DNA of 64,000 bases from an uncultured Chloroflexia bacterium (GCA_963813335.1 CAWEYL010000003.1:448001-512000); one strand, 5' to 3'. Positions 53,030-64,000 are shown, counted from the stretch's first letter. Numbers and translations are program-made. Notes: a model not told the origin generated them from the sequence alone.

Positions 53030-53644
53030 TCAGGCGCCGACGTCGCGGTCCGGCCAGCGGACCCCGGGATGCCGCAGGTCCAGCCAGTCGCGGAGCGCCC
53101 AGGTCGACGTGCGGAACGCGATCTTCGGCCAGGGCAGCGCGTCGGGCGCGTAGGCCTGGATCTCGGTCGCCTCCGGGGTCGGCGCCGCGGTCCCGCCCAC
53201 GATCCGCGCCTCGAACACGATCGTGACGACGGCTGCCTCGAGCCTCGTGTACAGCCCGACGAGGTCGCCCGGCTCGACGAGCAACCCGGTCTCCTCCCAG
53301 GTCTCGCGGATCGCCGCCTGATGGACGGTCTCGTCGACCTCGAGGAAGCCACCGGGCTGCGCCCACAGCCCGACACCGGGCTCGATGCCGCGCCGGATCA
53401 GCACGACGTTCCCCTCGTCGTCGATGGGGAGGGTCGTGACCACGAGCCGCGGGTTGACGTAGGCGATGTGGCCGCACGCCTCGCACGACAGGCGCTGGCG
53501 GTCCTCGCCGTCCACCAGGCCGAAGCGCAGCGGCGATCCGCAACGGCTGCAGAAGTTGAGCGACGACGCCAGCCACGACGGCACGCCCCGTCCGGACGCC
53601 ATGTCGCTCGAGCGGCCGTCGGGGCCGCGGTCGAAGTCGTCCAT
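53030..53644 (-). CDS. NUDIX hydrolase with N-terminal zinc ribbon
   Basis: FCSRCG..CEACG..YVNP; PGGFLEVDETVHQAAIRETWEETG. Confidence 0.92.
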   Translation of the reverse strand: MDDFDRGPDGRSSDMASGRGVPSWLASSLNFCSRCGSPLRFGLVDGEDRQRLSCEACGHIAYVNPRLVVTTLPIDDEGNVVLIRRGIEPGVGLWAQPGGFLEVDETVHQAAIRETWEETGLLVEPGDLVGLYTRLEAAVVTIVFEARIVGGTAAPTPEATEIQAYAPDALPWPKIAFRTSTWALRDWLDLRHPGVRWPDRDVGA

Positions 53645-54090
53645 CAGGCGAAGAGAACCAGGATGCCCGCCCCGACCAGCGCCGCCAGGCCGATCAGGCT
53701 GACCGCCACCCAGGCGAGCCGGAACAGGCCCTTGGTCCGGTCGACCGGCATCCACGCCCAGGCCGCCCGCCAGATGCGGACGACCGCGTCGGCGGTGGTC
53801 ACGACCAGCAGGGGCAGGGCGATCAGGACGCACACCTTCACCAGCGGGCTGCCCAGCGACGCCCCGAGCTCGAGCGCCGTGATCGCGATCGCGCCGAGGA
53901 TGAGGACCGGGACGCTGAGCAGGACGTAGTGCTTCTGGAGCGGGGTCGGGGCCACCTCGGGCACGGACCGCGGCGGCAGCCCCTGCAGGCTCGGCGGGAG
54001 AACGGGGGCCGGCACCGCCTGCCGATCGAGCGTCGGCATCCCCGGCTCCCAGCGCGGGTCATCCATCGTGTGCGGCTCGCCGGGAGTCAT
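53644..54090 (-). CDS. Three-TM membrane protein
   Basis: Three hydrophobic segments; TACACT-N7-ATG. Confidence 0.7.
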   Translation of the reverse strand: MTPGEPHTMDDPRWEPGMPTLDRQAVPAPVLPPSLQGLPPRSVPEVAPTPLQKHYVLLSVPVLILGAIAITALELGASLGSPLVKVCVLIALPLLVVTTADAVVRIWRAAWAWMPVDRTKGLFRLAWVAVSLIGLAALVGAGILVLFA

Positions 54091-54108
54091 GCCCGCGAGT
54101 GTACGAGC

Positions 54109-54544
54109 CTAGACCGTCCGGGTCTCGCGCACGTCCGGATCGTCGATGACGACCGAGCACGTGGGGCACCACCAGCGCGTCTCCAGCGCGGTGCCGCACA
54201 GCTCGTGCTGGATCGGCTCGCCGGTCGCACCGGCGCCGGCGCCCCAGTCCGCGAGCAGGCGCAGCACCGAGGCGAGCTCGCGGCCTGTGGCGGTCAGCGC
54301 ATAGGACATCCGCGGCGGCCGCTCCTGGTAGGGCGTCGCCGTCACGATCCGTTCGCGCTCGAGGCGGCGGAGGCGATCGCTCAGGATGTTCGGGGCGATG
54401 CCGGGGAGGTCCTCACCGAGCTCGTTGAACCGCCGCGGTCGTCTCGAGCAGCGCCTCGACGACGAGCAGGCTCCAGCGGTCGCCGACCCGGTCGAGGGCG
54501 GCCTCGAGCGCCGATGTCGGGCGGGCGGCTGGTCGGTCGGGCAT
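54109..54544 (-). CDS. HxlR-family winged-helix regulator with C-terminal Cys/His motif (frameshifts)
   Basis: ALDRVGDRWSLLVV / RRFNEL..GIAPNILSDRLRRL..YQERPPRMSYALT..HELCG..WCPTC. Confidence 0.85.
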
Positions 54545-54596
54545 CGGGCCAAGCGTACGGGCGGGCTCGGGGGTTGTCACCGTGGGGAGTCGGTAG

Positions 54597-54618
54597 TAGA
54601 TTGCAAGTCACAAGTCTA
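54597..54618. promoter_or_regulatory. Imperfect palindrome in the divergent hxlR/protease gap (candidate operator)
   Basis: TAGATTG-caagtca-CAAGTCTA, an AT-rich patch between divergent starts. Confidence 0.45.
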
Positions 54619-54642
54619 TCGCGATACCAGGAGCCCCACCCC

Positions 54643-55515
54643 ATGAGCGTCATCGAAGAACTGCAGTCCGCCGTCACCGCCGTCGCCGAGCGCGTCGGCC
54701 CGTCCATCGTCGGGATCGGCCGCGGCACGCGCGGCTCGGGCGTCGTCATCGCCGACGGCGTCGTCCTGACCAACGCCCACAACCTGCGCGGCGACGAGGT
54801 CACCGTGACGTTCGCGGACGGCCGGCAGACCCGCGGCACCGTGGCGGCCTACGACGGCGACGGCGACCTCGCGGTCGTCAAGGTCGACACGACCGGCGCG
54901 ACCCCCCTCGAGTGGGGCGACGGCGCCGTGCCGAACATCGGGACCGCGGTCTTCGGGGCGGCGGCCTCGCACGGCGGCGGGACCCGGGTCACGTTCGGCC
55001 TCGTCTCGGCTGTCGCGCGCGCGTTCCGCGGCCCCGGCGGCCGGCGCATCGAGGGCAGCGTCGAGCACACCGCGCCGATGGCTCCGGGCTCCTCCGGCGG
55101 CGCGCTCGTCGATGCCGACGGCAAGCTGCTCGGCCTCAACACCAACCGCATCGGCGAGGGCTTCTACCTCGCGCTGCCGGCCGACGCGGCCCTGCGCGCG
55201 CGGGTCGATGCGCTGACCCGCGGCGAGACCCCGACGCGCGTCCGGCTCGGCGTCGCGATCGCGCCCTCGCATGTCGCGCGACGGCTGCGCCGCTCGGTCG
55301 GCCTGCCCGACCGTGACGGCGTCCTGGTCCGCGGCGTCGAGGAGGGCAGCCCGGCCGAGGCGGCCGGCATCGAGGCCGGCGACCTGATCGTCGAGGCCGC
55401 GGGCAAGCCCGTCGCCGACGGCGACGACCTGTTCGCCGCGCTCGGCGGCGTGACCGGCCAGTACGAGGTGAAGCTGGTCCGCGGGGCCGAGGAGCGCGCC
55501 GTCACCGTCGGCTAG
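54643..55515 (+). CDS. HtrA/S1C serine protease with PDZ domain (no signal peptide or TM)
   Basis: GSGVV, LTNAH, DLAVVK, PGSSGGAL, GSPAEAAGIEAGDLI. Confidence 0.9.
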   Translation: MSVIEELQSAVTAVAERVGPSIVGIGRGTRGSGVVIADGVVLTNAHNLRGDEVTVTFADGRQTRGTVAAYDGDGDLAVVKVDTTGATPLEWGDGAVPNIGTAVFGAAASHGGGTRVTFGLVSAVARAFRGPGGRRIEGSVEHTAPMAPGSSGGALVDADGKLLGLNTNRIGEGFYLALPADAALRARVDALTRGETPTRVRLGVAIAPSHVARRLRRSVGLPDRDGVLVRGVEEGSPAEAAGIEAGDLIVEAAGKPVADGDDLFAALGGVTGQYEVKLVRGAEERAVTVG

Positions 55516-55525
55516 CATCTGGCGC

Positions 55526-56250
55526 GTGGAGCGCCTGATCGCCTGGTACACGGTCAGCTCGTCGATCGGCGCGGTCGGTCGCGCTGGTCGTCGCGAACGC
55601 GATCCCGCTGGTCGGGGTGCTGTTCCTCGGCTGGGACGTGTGGACGATCCTGATCGTCTACTGGCTGGAGAACGGGATCGTCGGCATCTTCAACGTCGCG
55701 AAGATGTGGCTGGCCGAGGGCGTCGACGACGCCTCGACCGCAGACGAGGATCAACGGCCGCCCGATCCAGGGCCAGGCCAAGGGCTTCCTGATCCCGTTC
55801 TTCCTCGTCCACTACGGGATCTTCTGGGTGGTCCACGGCGTGTTCGTGCTGTCGTTCGCGGCGTTCGCCACCTTCCGCCTGGATGACGGGATGTTCCAGG
55901 GACTCGATCCCGTCCCGGATCCCGGATCGGTCGTCACCGGGCCGGACCCCGGCGCGATCGCGTTCGCGGCGCTGGCCCTGTTCATCGGGCACGGAGCGTC
56001 GTTCCTGTTCAACTACCTGGGGCGCGGCGAGTACCGCCAGGTCTCAGCCGCCGGCTTGATGTTCGCGCCGTACGGCCGCCTGGTGATCCTCCATCTGACG
56101 ATCCTGCTGGGGGCGTTCGCGATCATGGTGGTCGGGGCGCCGGTCGGCGCGATCGCGGTGCTGGTGGCCCTCAAGACGGCGATGGACCTGGGCTTCCACC
56201 TGCGCGAGCATCGGAACGTCGCGGCACGGCCGATCGCGCCGCCGGCCTAG
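55526..56250 (+). CDS. DUF6498-like membrane protein (2 frameshifts)
   Basis: ANAIPLVGVLFLGWD..YWLEN, FFLVHYGIFWVVHGVF, PYGRLVILHL. Confidence 0.75.
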
Positions 56251-56281
56251 GTTCCCGCGTGGCGCCTGGCGGCGCAACGCC

Positions 56282-56789
56282 TCAGGACCCCGCGTTCGAC
56301 GGGTCGTCCATCACCGATTCGGTCTGGCGGGCGCGCCACGCCGCGAGGCGCTCGGCGAGCGCGGGATCGGACAGCGCCAGGATCGAGGCGGCCAGCAGGC
56401 CGGCGTTGGTGGCGTTGCCGATGGCGACCGTGGCGACCGGGACGCCGCGCGGCATCTGGACGATCGACAGCAGCGAATCCAGGCCGCCGAGGTGTTGCGT
56501 CGGGATCGGCACGCCGATGACGGGCAGGGCGGTCTTCGCGGCGAGCATCCCGGGCAGGTGCGCGGCGCCGCCCGCGCCGGCGACGATCACCTTGAGCCCG
56601 CGTCCGGCGGCGCCCTCCGCGTAGCGGAAGAGGTGGTCCGGCGTCCGATGCGCCGAGACGACCTTGAGCTCGGACGGCGACGCCCAGCTCGTCGAGGACG
56701 GCGACCGCGGCCTCGAGCGTGGGGAAGTCCGAGCGGCTGCCGCCGACCACGCCGACGAGCGCCGATCCCGCCTTCGCGCCGTCGCTCAT
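56282..56789 (-). CDS. purE: N5-CAIR mutase (frameshift near 56678)
   Basis: [42 protein letters not shown]. Confidence 0.95.
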
Positions 56790-57991
56790 CGATCCTCCTT
56801 CGCCTCCGGGTCCGCCGCCCAGCCGAGGGCCGCGCGGGCGGCTCGCGCCCGGTCGAGCGCCGCGTCGACCGTGGGCCCGAGCGCCGTGACGTGCCCCATC
56901 TTGCGGCGTTCGAAGACCTCGCGCTTGTCGTAGAGGTGGAGGTGGACGTCGGGGTCGGCGAGCGCGGCGGCGACGCCGGTGAGCCGCGCGGCGCGCTTGC
57001 GGCCCCGCGCCCAGCAGGTTGACCATCGCCGTCGGCGAGAGCGCCGCGGTGGAGCCCGAGCCCCAGCCCGCAGATGGCGCGGATGTGCTGCTCGAACTGC
57101 GAGGTCGCGGCGCCCTCGATGGTCCAGTGGCCGCTGTTGTGGACGCGCGGCGCCAGCTCGTTGACGACGAGGGATCCGTCGCGGAGCAGGAACAGCTCGG
57201 CGGTCAGCGTCCCGACGAGGTCCATCGCCGCGGCCAGGCGCAGGCCGATGTCCGCGGCCGCCGGCCTGGACGCGCCGCGTCGACCGGCGCGGGCGCCACC
57301 GATTCGAAGAGGATCCCGGCGTCGTGGACGTTGCGGGAGATCGGGAAGGTCGCGGTCGAGCCGTCGAGACCGCGGGCGACGATGACCGACAGCTCCGCCT
57401 CGAAGTCGATCTCGCGCTCCGCCAGCAGGGAGGCGCCGGGCGGGCGACCGAGCGTCGCGAGGGCGCCGTCGATGTCGGCTGGCGGTCGCCGACCCGGATC
57501 TGGCCGCGGCCGTCGTAGCCGCCGCTCGATGCCTTGAGCCGGAGCGGCAGCCCGACCGCGTCCGGCGCGGCGGCCGCCCGCAGCTCGTCGGTCGTGCGGA
57601 CCTCGCGCCAGGGCGCCACGGCGATCCCGGTGCCCTCGACGAACCGGCGCTCGGCGATGCGGTCGTGGGTCACGACCAGCGGCCCGTGCCCGGGCCGGAC
57701 CGGGACGAGCGGCTCGATGGCCGCCACGACGGCCGCGGCGATGTGCTCCAGCTCGTAGGTGACGACCGCGCTGCGGCCGGCCAGGCGGAGCGCGGCGCCG
57801 ACGTCGTCGTACGCGCCGATCACCAGCTCGTCGGCGACCGACGCGCTGGGACAGTCGATGTCCGGGTCGAGGACCGCGATGCGGTAGCCCATCGAGCGGG
57901 CGGCCTGCGCGAGCATCCGGCCGAGCTGGCCGCCACCGAGGATGCCGATCGTGGCGGGCGGCAGGATCGGCGCGCCGATGGGGGTCGTCAC
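56786..57991 (-). CDS. purK: N5-CAIR synthase (several frameshifts)
   Basis: GILGGGQLGRM, GYDGRGQ, NELAPRVHNSGH, SQFEQH, LYDK..RKMGH. Confidence 0.95.
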   Translation of the reverse strand: MTTPIGAPILPPATIGILGGGQLGRMLAQAARSMGYRIAVLDPDIDCPSASVADELVIGAYDDVGAALRLAGRSAVVTYELEHIAAAVVAAIEPLVPVRPGHGPLVVTHDRIAERRFVEGTGIAVAPWREVRTTDELRAAAAPDAVGLPLRLKASSGGYDGRGQIRVGDRQPTSTAPSRRSVARPAPPCWRSARSTSRRSCRSSSPAVSTARPRPSRSPATSTTPGSSSNRWRPRRSTRRVQAGGRGHRPAPGRGDGPRRDADRRAVPAPRRIPRRQRAGAARPQQRPLDHRGRRDLAVRAAHPRHLRAGARAPPRRSRRRRWSTCWARGRKRAARLTGVAAALADPDVHLHLYDKREVFERRKMGHVTALGPTVDAALDRARAARAALGWAADPEAKEDR

Positions 57992-58098
57992 GCTCCCGAG
58001 TGTACGGGCCGGGACGACGGGGCTGCCGGTCCGTCGAGGCCGGGCCGCGCCGGCTATGACGCCCGCGATGCCCGCCCCGCACCGGGTAGCATCGGGGC

Positions 58099-59179
58099 AT
58101 GCCCGACCCCGACCGGACCGCGCTGATCCTCGATGTCGACACCGGCATCGACGACAGCCTCGCGCTGCTGTACGCCGCCGCCTCGGCCGACGCCGAGATC
58201 GTCGCCGCGACCTGCGTCTTCGGCAACACCGAGGGCGCCCAGGTGGCGATCAACACCCGTGCGGTGCTGGAGCTGGCCGGCCGCACCGACGTCGAGGTCG
58301 CGCTCGGGCGCGAGCTGCCGCTGGTCCGCGAGCTCGAGACCACGCCCGAGACCCACGGGCCGCAGGGCCTCGGCTACGCCGAGCTGCCCGCCGCCGTCGC
58401 GGCCGCTGTCCGAGCGCCACGCCGTCGACCTGATCGTCGACGAGGTCCGCCGCCGGCCGGGCGAGATCACGCTGGTCACGCTCGGCCCGCTCACGAACCT
58501 CGCCCTCGGCCCTCGACAAGGAGCCCGCCCTCCCCCGCCTGCTCCGGGGCTACACGCTGATGGGCGGCGCGTTCGGCGCGTCGGGCAACACGACGCCGAC
58601 CACCGAGTGGAACATCCACTGCGACCCGCACGCCGCGAAGATCGTGTTCGCCCGCTGGGCCGAGGCGATGGCGGCCGATCCGACGATCCCGCGCCCGCTC
58701 GCGCTCGGGCTCGACGTGACCGAGCGCGCGAAGATCCTCCCCGACGACGTGGTCCGGCTCGCGCGTCGCGCCGGCAGCACGCCGGACGACTCGATCGCCC
58801 TGGCGCACGGCGAGGACCCGATGCTCGCCACCCGGTCCGTGGCGAGCAACCCGATCGTCCGCTACGTCGCCGACGCGCTGCGCTTCTACATGGAGTTCCA
58901 CGCCCACTACGACGGCTTCTACGGCGCGTTCATCCACGATCCGCTGGCCGTCGCGGCCGCGCTGGACCGATCGCTGGTCGAGACCGAGCCGCTCTTCGTC
59001 GACGTCGAGACGCGCCGGCGAGCTCACGGCCGGGATGACCGTCGCGGACCGCCGCCACCTCACCGGCAAGCCGCCCAACCTCGACGTCGCCGTCGAGAGC
59101 GGACGTCGCGACCTTCATGGAACGGCTCATCGAACGCGTCGGGGGGCTGGCGGCGGACCGGTCCGCCGTGGCACGCTAG
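58099..59179 (+). CDS. Inosine/uridine-preferring nucleoside hydrolase (several frameshifts)
   Basis: ILDVDTGIDDS, ETHG, LGPLTNLAL, MGG..GN...EWNI..DPHAA, IHDPLA. Confidence 0.92.
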
Positions 59180-59240
59180 GCGGGGAGGGTTTCGCCGGCG
59201 CGATGACGCGCCGGCGCGGCGGACGGAGGAGGAGGATCCG

Positions 59241-60474
59241 ATGGGCCTCGACTGGCTGACGATCTGCGCGGACGACAAGGCCACGAACTGCGTCCAGCCG
59301 ATCCAGCTCGCCTACTTGGTCGCCGTCATCGTCGGCGCCGTCCTCTTCGCGGTCATCGCCCGGCGGTCGCGGGACCTCTCGACGGCCACGCTGACGCTGA
59401 TGGTCGTGGCGATCGCGATCAACATCGCGGTCGGCTCGCTGGTCTACGCGCTGCGCCTCCCGATCTACCTCGATTCGATCGGCACGGTCCTCGTCGGCGC
59501 GCTCGCCGGACCGTGGGCCGGGGCGCTCACCGGGCTCCTCGCCAACCTGATCTGGTCCATCCTGCCCGTCCCGGGCGGCGCCGGGCCGACCGCGGCGTTC
59601 TTCGCGCCGGTGGCGGCGGTCATCGGCCTGATGGCCGGCTTCTGGGCGTCGCGCGGCGTCTTCCGGCTGCGCAGCGACGATGCCCGCGTCGGCGGGTTCC
59701 TCGCCCTCGCGTTCGGGATCGCGGTCGCCGGGATCGCGCTGCTCGTCGTCCAGGCGACCATCGGCATCGCGTTCGACTCGACGAACACCGATTCGCAGAA
59801 CCAGTTCGTCATCAAGGGTCTGCTCATCCTCGGGGTCGGCGTCCTCGCCGGCTGGCTCTCGCGCCGGACCATCTTCGACCTCAAGGGCGAGGACCCGCGG
59901 ATCCGGACCTACCTGGTCGCGGCCACCGCGATCTCGGCGGGTGTCCTGATCTTCGCGTTCGTCCGCCTGCTGATCGGCCCGACCGGCTACTTCTCGACCG
60001 TCGACGGCGTCCTCGACGACGGCTCGCCCGGACAGCTTCCTCGGCGGCGCCAACCTGACGGGTTTCGCGCTGAGCGACCCGCTCGGGATGATCGTCGCGC
60101 TGGTCATCGCGGTCCTGATCGCGGTCGGCATCACGTCGTGGGCACGCCGCGGCGAGAACGCCCGGCTGTTCCCGGTCTGGGTCGGCGGCCTGACCACCGG
60201 CCTGGTCGCCGCGATGATCTCGGCCCCGATCGCGGCGGGCGTCTTCGGCGGCGTGACCGGCGGCGGTACGGATGCGCTCGTGGCGCTGTTCCGCACGCTC
60301 GGGCTCAACGTGCTCCAGTCGGCGTTCGCCCAAGGGCTCACCAGCGACCCGCTCGACAAGACCATCAGCTACACGATCGTGTTCATCATCCTGAGCGCGC
60401 TGCCGATCACGGTCCGGACGATGTACAGCCGCGGCGAGACGACCGTCGCGAGCGAGCAGACGGTCGCCGCTTGA
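59241..60474 (+). CDS. ECF transporter substrate-binding S component, unusually long (frameshift near 60030)
   Basis: LPIYLDSIGTVLVGALAGPWAGALTG and SAPIAAGVFGGVTGGG..DPLDK, separated by a multi-TM insertion. Confidence 0.8.
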
Positions 60475-60501
60475 TCGTTCGCGCGGGCTGACGGACGGAG
60501 G

Positions 60502-61278
60502 ATGTCGACCGCCACCGGCTATTTCGTCGCGGGCTCGAGCTGGCTGCACCGGCGCTACCCACTGACCAAGCTCCTGGGCCTGGCGTTCGTGCTCGTGGCG
60601 GCGTTCCTGCTGCCGCCCGTCGTGCTCGTGGTCCTCGCGTTCGTGCTCGTCGCCATCGTGTGGTCGGCCGGCCTGCTGCGGCCCGCTGCCAGGGCCATGC
60701 GCATCCCGGCCCTGCTGCTGACGTCGATCGTGGTCGTCAACGCGCTGTTCTTCCCGGGGGCGACCGACCGCCTCGTGACCGTCGGGCCGCTGTCGGTCAC
60801 CCGCGAAGGGCTCACCTTCGGGCTGATCTCCGCCGGCCGGCTGATCGTCGCCTTCCTCGCCTCGGTCACGTTCCTGTTCACGACCCTCGCCGATGACCTG
60901 CTCGAGTCGCTGGTCAGTCGCGGCGCCAGCCATCGCATCGCGTTCGTGATCCTGTCCGCGGTGCAGATGGTGCCGCGGATGCAGGCCCGCGCCGGCGCGA
61001 TCCTCCAGGCCCAGCAGGCCCGCGGGCTGCCCATCGCCGGGTCGTTCATCCGTCGCATGCGGGCGCTGGTCCCGCTGATCGGACCGGTGATGCTCGGCTC
61101 GCTCGTGGATGTCCGGGAGCGGACCTTCGCCCTTGAAGCGCGCGGGTTCGGGGCGCGACCCGGGAGGACCGCCTACCGCGTGGTCGCCGACCCGCCGACC
61201 GATCGCTGGCTGCGCCTCGCGCTCATCGCCGGCATCGTGGCGATCATCGTCGGCAGGATCGCCGGGGTCTGGCGATGA
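60502..61278 (+). CDS. ecfT: ECF transporter transmembrane T component
   Basis: SWLHRRYPLTKL, AQQARG and ALEARG motifs. Confidence 0.9.
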   Translation: MSTATGYFVAGSSWLHRRYPLTKLLGLAFVLVAAFLLPPVVLVVLAFVLVAIVWSAGLLRPAARAMRIPALLLTSIVVVNALFFPGATDRLVTVGPLSVTREGLTFGLISAGRLIVAFLASVTFLFTTLADDLLESLVSRGASHRIAFVILSAVQMVPRMQARAGAILQAQQARGLPIAGSFIRRMRALVPLIGPVMLGSLVDVRERTFALEARGFGARPGRTAYRVVADPPTDRWLRLALIAGIVAIIVGRIAGVWR

Positions 61279-63011
61279 CGGACGCGGCGCCACCCGTCAC
61301 GACGCCGCCAACCGCGCCGCTGCGGATCGACGGACCTGCCAGGTCCGCTACCCGACGCGGCGCGACCCCAGCCTCGCCGACGTGACGGTCGCGCGTCGCC
61401 GCGGGCGAGCGCGTGGGCGTGGCGGGCCGGACCGGGGCGGGCAAGTCGACGCTCACGCTGGCGGCGGCCGGCTTCATCCCGCGGGTCGTGCGCGCGACCA
61501 TGGGCGGCACGGTGCTGATCGGCGACGCCGACACGAAGACCGCGCCGGCGGACCGCCTCCTCGGCCGGGTCGGGATCGTCTTCGCGACGCCGGCGAACCA
61601 GCTGTCCGCCTCGAAGCTGACGGTCCGCGAGGAGCTGGCCTTCGGCCTCGAGAACCTGGGCGTGCCGCGCGCCGAGATGGACGCCCGCATCGACGCCGTC
61701 CTGGACCGCCTCGCGATCGCCCACCTCGCCGATCGCGAGCCGTTCGCGCTGTCGGGCGGCGAGCAGCAGCGTGTGGCGATCGCCAGCATCATCGCGATGG
61801 GGACCGACGTGCTGGTGCTCGACGAGCCCACCGCCCAGCTCGACCCGGCGGGGACGGCGTCGGTGGCGGACCTGCTCGACGGGCTGGCCCGCTCCGGGAC
61901 CGCGATCCTGTGCGCCGAGCATGCGCCCGAGGTCCTCGGGCAGATGGACCGCTGCCTGGTCCTGGACCTCGGGCGACCGATCGCCCTCGACCGGCCGGGA
62001 CAGGCCCTGCTCGCGGCCGGTGACGCCGTCGGACTGCGGCCGCCGACGCTCGTCCGCCTAGCCCGACTCGGCGGAGCGCCCGTCGGCCAGGAGTTCGACG
62101 AGGCCGCGATCGCGGCAGCCCTGCGAGCCGCCGGCGGTCGGCTGGCGATGCCGGAGGCGCACGCGCCCGCCACCGCGTGGTCCGCCGGCGCCCGACCCGG
62201 CGCGACCGTCCGGCTCGAGGGACTCGTGCATCGCTATCCGAACGGGGTCGAGGCCGTGCGCGGGGTCTCGCTCACGGTCGAGGCCGGCGAGGCGGTCGCG
62301 ATCGTCGGCCAGAACGGATCCGGGAAGACCACCCTGGTCAAGCACCTCGACGGGCTGCTGCGCCCGGACGAGGGCCACGTCCTGCTCGACGGCGCCGACA
62401 CTGCCGAGCGGACGGTCGCCGAGCTGGCGGCCACCGTCGGATTCGTGTTCCAGAACCCCGACGAGCAACTCTTCGAGCGATCGGTGGAGCGCGAGGTCGC
62501 GTTCGGTCCGCGCAACCTGGGGCGACCCCCGACCGAGATCCCCGGGCTCGTCGAGCGCAGCCTGGCGGCCGTCGGGCTGCTCGAGGTCCGCGCGACCAAC
62601 CCGTACGACCTCGACCTGTCGCGCCGCAAGCTCGTGGCGCTGGCCGGCGTCCTCGCGATGGACCCGGCGGTGCTCGTCCTCGACGAGCCGACGACCGGGC
62701 AGGACGCCGATGGCATCGAGCGCGTCGAGCGCGTCGTCCATGCGTATCGAGAGGCCGGGCGGACCGTCATCGCGATCACCCACGACATGGAGTTCGCGGC
62801 CGCCAACTTCACGCGCATCGTCGTCATGCGCCTCGGCGAGGTGGTCCTCGACGGTCCGCCGGCCGCGGTGTTCCAGGCGTCGAACGCGGACCTACTGGCC
62901 ACGACCGGGCTGACGCTGCCGCCGGTGGCCCGGATCGGCGCCCTGCTGGGGCTCGACCCGGCCCCGCTGGACCTGCGCTCCCTCGTCGAGGCGCTCGCGG
63001 TGCGCGGCTGA
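61275..63011 (+). CDS. ecfA: ECF transporter ATPase with duplicated ABC domains (frameshifts near 5' end)
   Basis: GRTGAGKST, LSGGEQQR, LDEPTAQLDP; GQNGSGKTT, FQNPDEQLF, LDEPTTGQD. Confidence 0.9.
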
Positions 63012-63079
63012 GCACCGCCGGCGGAACCAGCCGAACGTCCCATATGGCCGATACGTGGCCGTCGAGTATCCTGCGCACC

Positions 63080-64000
63080 GTGATGCCCGCGCGCCGCCAT
63101 GCCCGAGGCCGCTCCACGCCCCGCTGGCTCGTTGCCGTCGTGCTCCTCGGGATCCTCATCTCGGCCTGTTCGCCGGCCGAGCCGAGTCCGAAGACGACGG
63201 TCGTCCCGAGCCCCGGCGCCAGCGGCTCGATCAGCCCCGATGCGAGCAGCGCCGTCACCCCGACCAGGCCACCGGTCGCGCCGGCCAAGTGGACCGACTG
63301 CGGGAGCGGCTTCCAGTGCGCCAACCTGCGCGTCCCGAAGGACTACGCCGACCCCGCCAAGGGCACGCTCCAGCTGGCGCTGCTCCGCCTGCCGGCGACC
63401 GACCGGTCGCAGCGCATCGGCTCGCTGATCATCAACCCGGGCGGCCCGGGCGGGTCCGGTGTCGACTTCGTCCGCGACGGCGCCAGCCAGTTCCCGAGCG
63501 CCATCCGCAAGCAGTTCGACCTCGTCGGCTTCGACCCGCGCGGCGTCAACACCAGCAGCCCCGTCCGCTGCATCGACAACCTGGACCTGCAGGCCGACCT
63601 CGACCCGTCGCCCGACAACGCGGCGGAGCTCAGCGCGCTCGTCGACCAGGCCCACCAGTACGCCGACGCCTGCGCGAAGCGCAACGCCGCGGTGCTCCCG
63701 TACCTCTCGACGGCCGCCGTGGTCGACGACCTCGACACCATCCGGGCCGCCGTCGGCGACGAGAAGCTCAGCTACTTCGGCTTCTCGTACGGGACGCTGA
63801 TCGGCTCGATGTACGCGGACAAGTACCCGGACAAGATCCGGGCGATGGTCCTCGACGGCGCGCTCGACCCGCAGCTGAGCGAGGTCCAGCTGCGGACCGG
63901 CCAGGCCAAGGCCTTCAACGCCGCCCTGACGCGCTTCCTCAACAGCTGCGCGAAGCGCTCGTCGTGCGCGTTCCACGAGGGCGGCAAGACGGTCAAGGCG
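63080..64000 (+). CDS. Secreted alpha/beta hydrolase, tripeptidyl-aminopeptidase (TAP)-like lipoprotein; runs off right edge
   Basis: Manual translation: lipobox LISAC, CANLRVPKDY, INPGGPGGSG, GFDPRGV, YFGFSYGT nucleophile elbow, LDGALDP. Confidence 0.9.
   Translation, partial: MMPARRHARGRSTPRWLVAVVLLGILISACSPAEPSPKTTVVPSPGASGSISPDASSAVTPTRPPVAPAKWTDCGSGFQCANLRVPKDYADPAKGTLQLALLRLPATDRSQRIGSLIINPGGPGGSGVDFVRDGASQFPSAIRKQFDLVGFDPRGVNTSSPVRCIDNLDLQADLDPSPDNAAELSALVDQAHQYADACAKRNAAVLPYLSTAAVVDDLDTIRAAVGDEKLSYFGFSYGTLIGSMYADKYPDKIRAMVLDGALDPQLSEVQLRTGQAKAFNAALTRFLNSCAKRSSCAFHEGGKTVKA

Noticed and set aside
56282-57991. Programmed ribosomal frameshifting or true pseudogenisation of purK/purE
   Set aside because: Multiple scattered indels without slippery-site patterns, matching the window-wide error signature.

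Overview
Very GC-rich bacterial chromosome segment with about 55 genes. The gene set (GuaB3, DarA, R3H-AAA, pdxST, TldDE) suggests Chloroflexota, possibly Limnocylindria; this placement is inference only. Contents: core and metabolic genes (guaB3, tmk, pdxST, galE, CCA-adding enzyme, purKE, ppgK), a leucine-catabolism liuB/C/D/E cluster, a GlnA4-type gamma-glutamylation cluster, a nucleoside hydrolase plus ECF transporter operon, TldDE, an ECF sigma/anti-sigma pair, c-di-AMP and c-di-GMP signalling genes, and two toxin-antitoxin-like pairs. More than 20 genes carry single-base frameshifts, most likely long-read assembly errors, so several long ORFs in the supplied track are artefactual fusions and some real genes (hicA, guaB3, the terminal peptidase) are missing from it. 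No rRNA, tRNA, transposase, integrase or cas gene was recognised. The most notable observations are: (1) an excisionase/BldC-type HTH apparently fused to the N-terminus of the biotin carboxylase subunit in the liu cluster; (2) an intergenic array of four TGGC-N5-GCCA palindromes with an exact 52-bp period and unique 33-bp spacers, plus related palindrome cassettes in three other intergenic gaps; (3) pervasive leaderless TANNNT-N6-8-start promoter architecture.
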